A stretch of 5,854 nucleotides of DNA, from the NCBI GenBank assembly GCA_964468425.1, contig CAYXSZ010000018.1, positions 1 through 5,854 of the forward strand, in the 5' to 3' direction. The position numbers were made by a program, and so were the translations under genes. Under the pieces are notes generated by a model that made no database searches, was not told the DNA's origin, and worked only from the letters and a program-made list of their open reading frames with translations. Of the stretch, positions 5,190 through 5,854 are shown piece by piece; position 1 is the stretch's first letter, and each line of letters starts with the position of its first letter. The DNA comes from Candidatus Woesearchaeota archaeon. GTDB lineage: Archaea > Nanobdellota > Nanobdellia > Nanobdellales > Nanobdellaceae.

Positions 5190-5708
5190 ATGAAAACATC
5201 GTATAGTATGGCTCGATATAAAATAAAGTCTGGAGGATGCTATTATATTTCGGGAGAAAGTATAGATTGTGTTTTTAATAGAGTTTTATCTATTTTAAGA
5301 TCCTTTTCCAAAGAAAGAACAAAAATTGCGGTAAACGACAGCAAATTTTGTGAAATTCTTTTTGAAGCAAACACCCTAACAGAACTTGGGGCAGCAACTT
5401 ATTATCTAACTGGTGAAACATTGCATTTTATTAATATGGACAGTAGCTTGGATAAAATTGAGTTTATAGAGCCACCTAGATCTAGTTTAGATGAAGTGGT
5501 GATTAAAGCTGTAGAAAGAGTTCTCGTACATAGAGAACATTCGTATATATTTGTAGATGTAAGCTATGGATCTTTTAACGTAAAGTTAAAACATCATAGT
5601 GACAAATACGTTGCGGGTTTTGATAAAAGGGCTGTATTTCTTAAAAAAGAGATTTATCGGGTAATGAGAGCTTTATCCAAAGCGGGAGGATGGGTTCCTA
5701 CATATTAA
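5190..5708 (+). CDS. Hypothetical protein (172 aa), no recognisable family; low-GC orphan
   Basis: ATG-initiated ORF with a second in-frame ATG at codon 7. An A/T-rich TATA-like stretch (CATAAAAG, about 5162-5169) lies about 25 nt upstream. The predicted protein is soluble and I can identify no catalytic or nucleotide-binding motif with confidence. Confidence 0.55.
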   Translation: MKTSYSMARYKIKSGGCYYISGESIDCVFNRVLSILRSFSKERTKIAVNDSKFCEILFEANTLTELGAATYYLTGETLHFINMDSSLDKIEFIEPPRSSLDEVVIKAVERVLVHREHSYIFVDVSYGSFNVKLKHHSDKYVAGFDKRAVFLKKEIYRVMRALSKAGGWVPTY

Positions 5709-5721
5709 CGAGAAATACAAA

Positions 5722-5854
5722 TCATTTTCTTCTGGCTCGCAAAATGTAAGCTTTAATGAACTCTCTTTCCTTTTCGTGAAAGAAATAGAGCTTTCCAAGC
5801 TTAAACTTAGTCTCGCAAAGAACTAGAATTTCAAAGTTCTTTAAATAATGCTTA
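5722..5854 (-). CDS. 3' end of a minus-strand gene running out of the window (hypothetical)
   Basis: The minus-strand frame is open from the window edge to the stop complementing 5722-5724. Hand translation gives ...KHYLKNFEILVLCETKFKLGKLYFFHEKEREFIKAYILRARRK. It is the only minus frame in 5725-5854 without stops. It converges on the 172-aa ORF with a 13-nt gap. Confidence 0.35.
   Translation of the reverse strand, partial: KHYLKNFEILVLCETKFKLGKLYFFHEKEREFIKAYILRARRK

Noticed and set aside
5190-5708. Possible family resemblance of the 172-aa protein (degenerate KaiC/RecA-like DUF835-type fold, or a D...N-V-K nuclease-like motif around IFVDVSYGSFNVKLK)
   Set aside because: The resemblances rest on a few loosely spaced residues with no intact Walker or PD-(D/E)xK motif. 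I cannot support them without a profile or structure search, so the protein stays as hypothetical.
1-5854. CRISPR arrays, IS elements or transposases, rRNA/tRNA genes
   Set aside because: Reading both strands showed no regularly spaced direct repeats, no terminal inverted repeats flanking a transposase-like ORF, and no rRNA or tRNA-like conserved blocks.

Overview
The window looks like hyperthermophilic archaeal DNA. Evidence is K/E/I-rich proteins, AGA/AGG arginine codons, TATA boxes about 26 nt upstream of start codons (leaderless mRNAs), an archaeosine-type PUA protein and an archaeosortase. From left to right: (1) the 3' end of a PUA-domain tRNA-modification gene, overlapping by 20 nt (2) a minimal 179-aa archaeosortase/exosortase-family protein with the CSG cysteine and N-x-x-R-I arginine motifs; (3) a small convergent minus-strand gene; (4) a 164-nt divergent promoter region with a GC-rich island that reads as a possible C/D-box sRNA; (5) a tightly coupled four-gene cassette (1327-4941); (6) a sharp drop in GC at about 4942. 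The cassette encodes an AbrB/SpoVT-fold protein, a MacB/LolD-type ABC ATPase, a 487-aa secreted protein and a MacB/FtsX-type permease. The secreted protein has four beta-sandwich repeats and a C-terminal Ser/Thr-rich segment, TM helix and basic cluster. The low-GC region holds an 80-codon minus-strand frame with no start codon, a 172-aa orphan ORF and the 3' end of another minus-strand gene. The best candidate for something undescribed is the ABC cassette, where a C-terminally anchored multi-repeat surface protein occupies the slot that the periplasmic adaptor holds in bacterial MacAB-type pumps. Its sortase-like C-terminal signal may link it to the nearby minimal archaeosortase. No CRISPR array, rRNA, tRNA or recognisable transposase was seen. 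Family assignments come from motif recognition by eye, not from searches.
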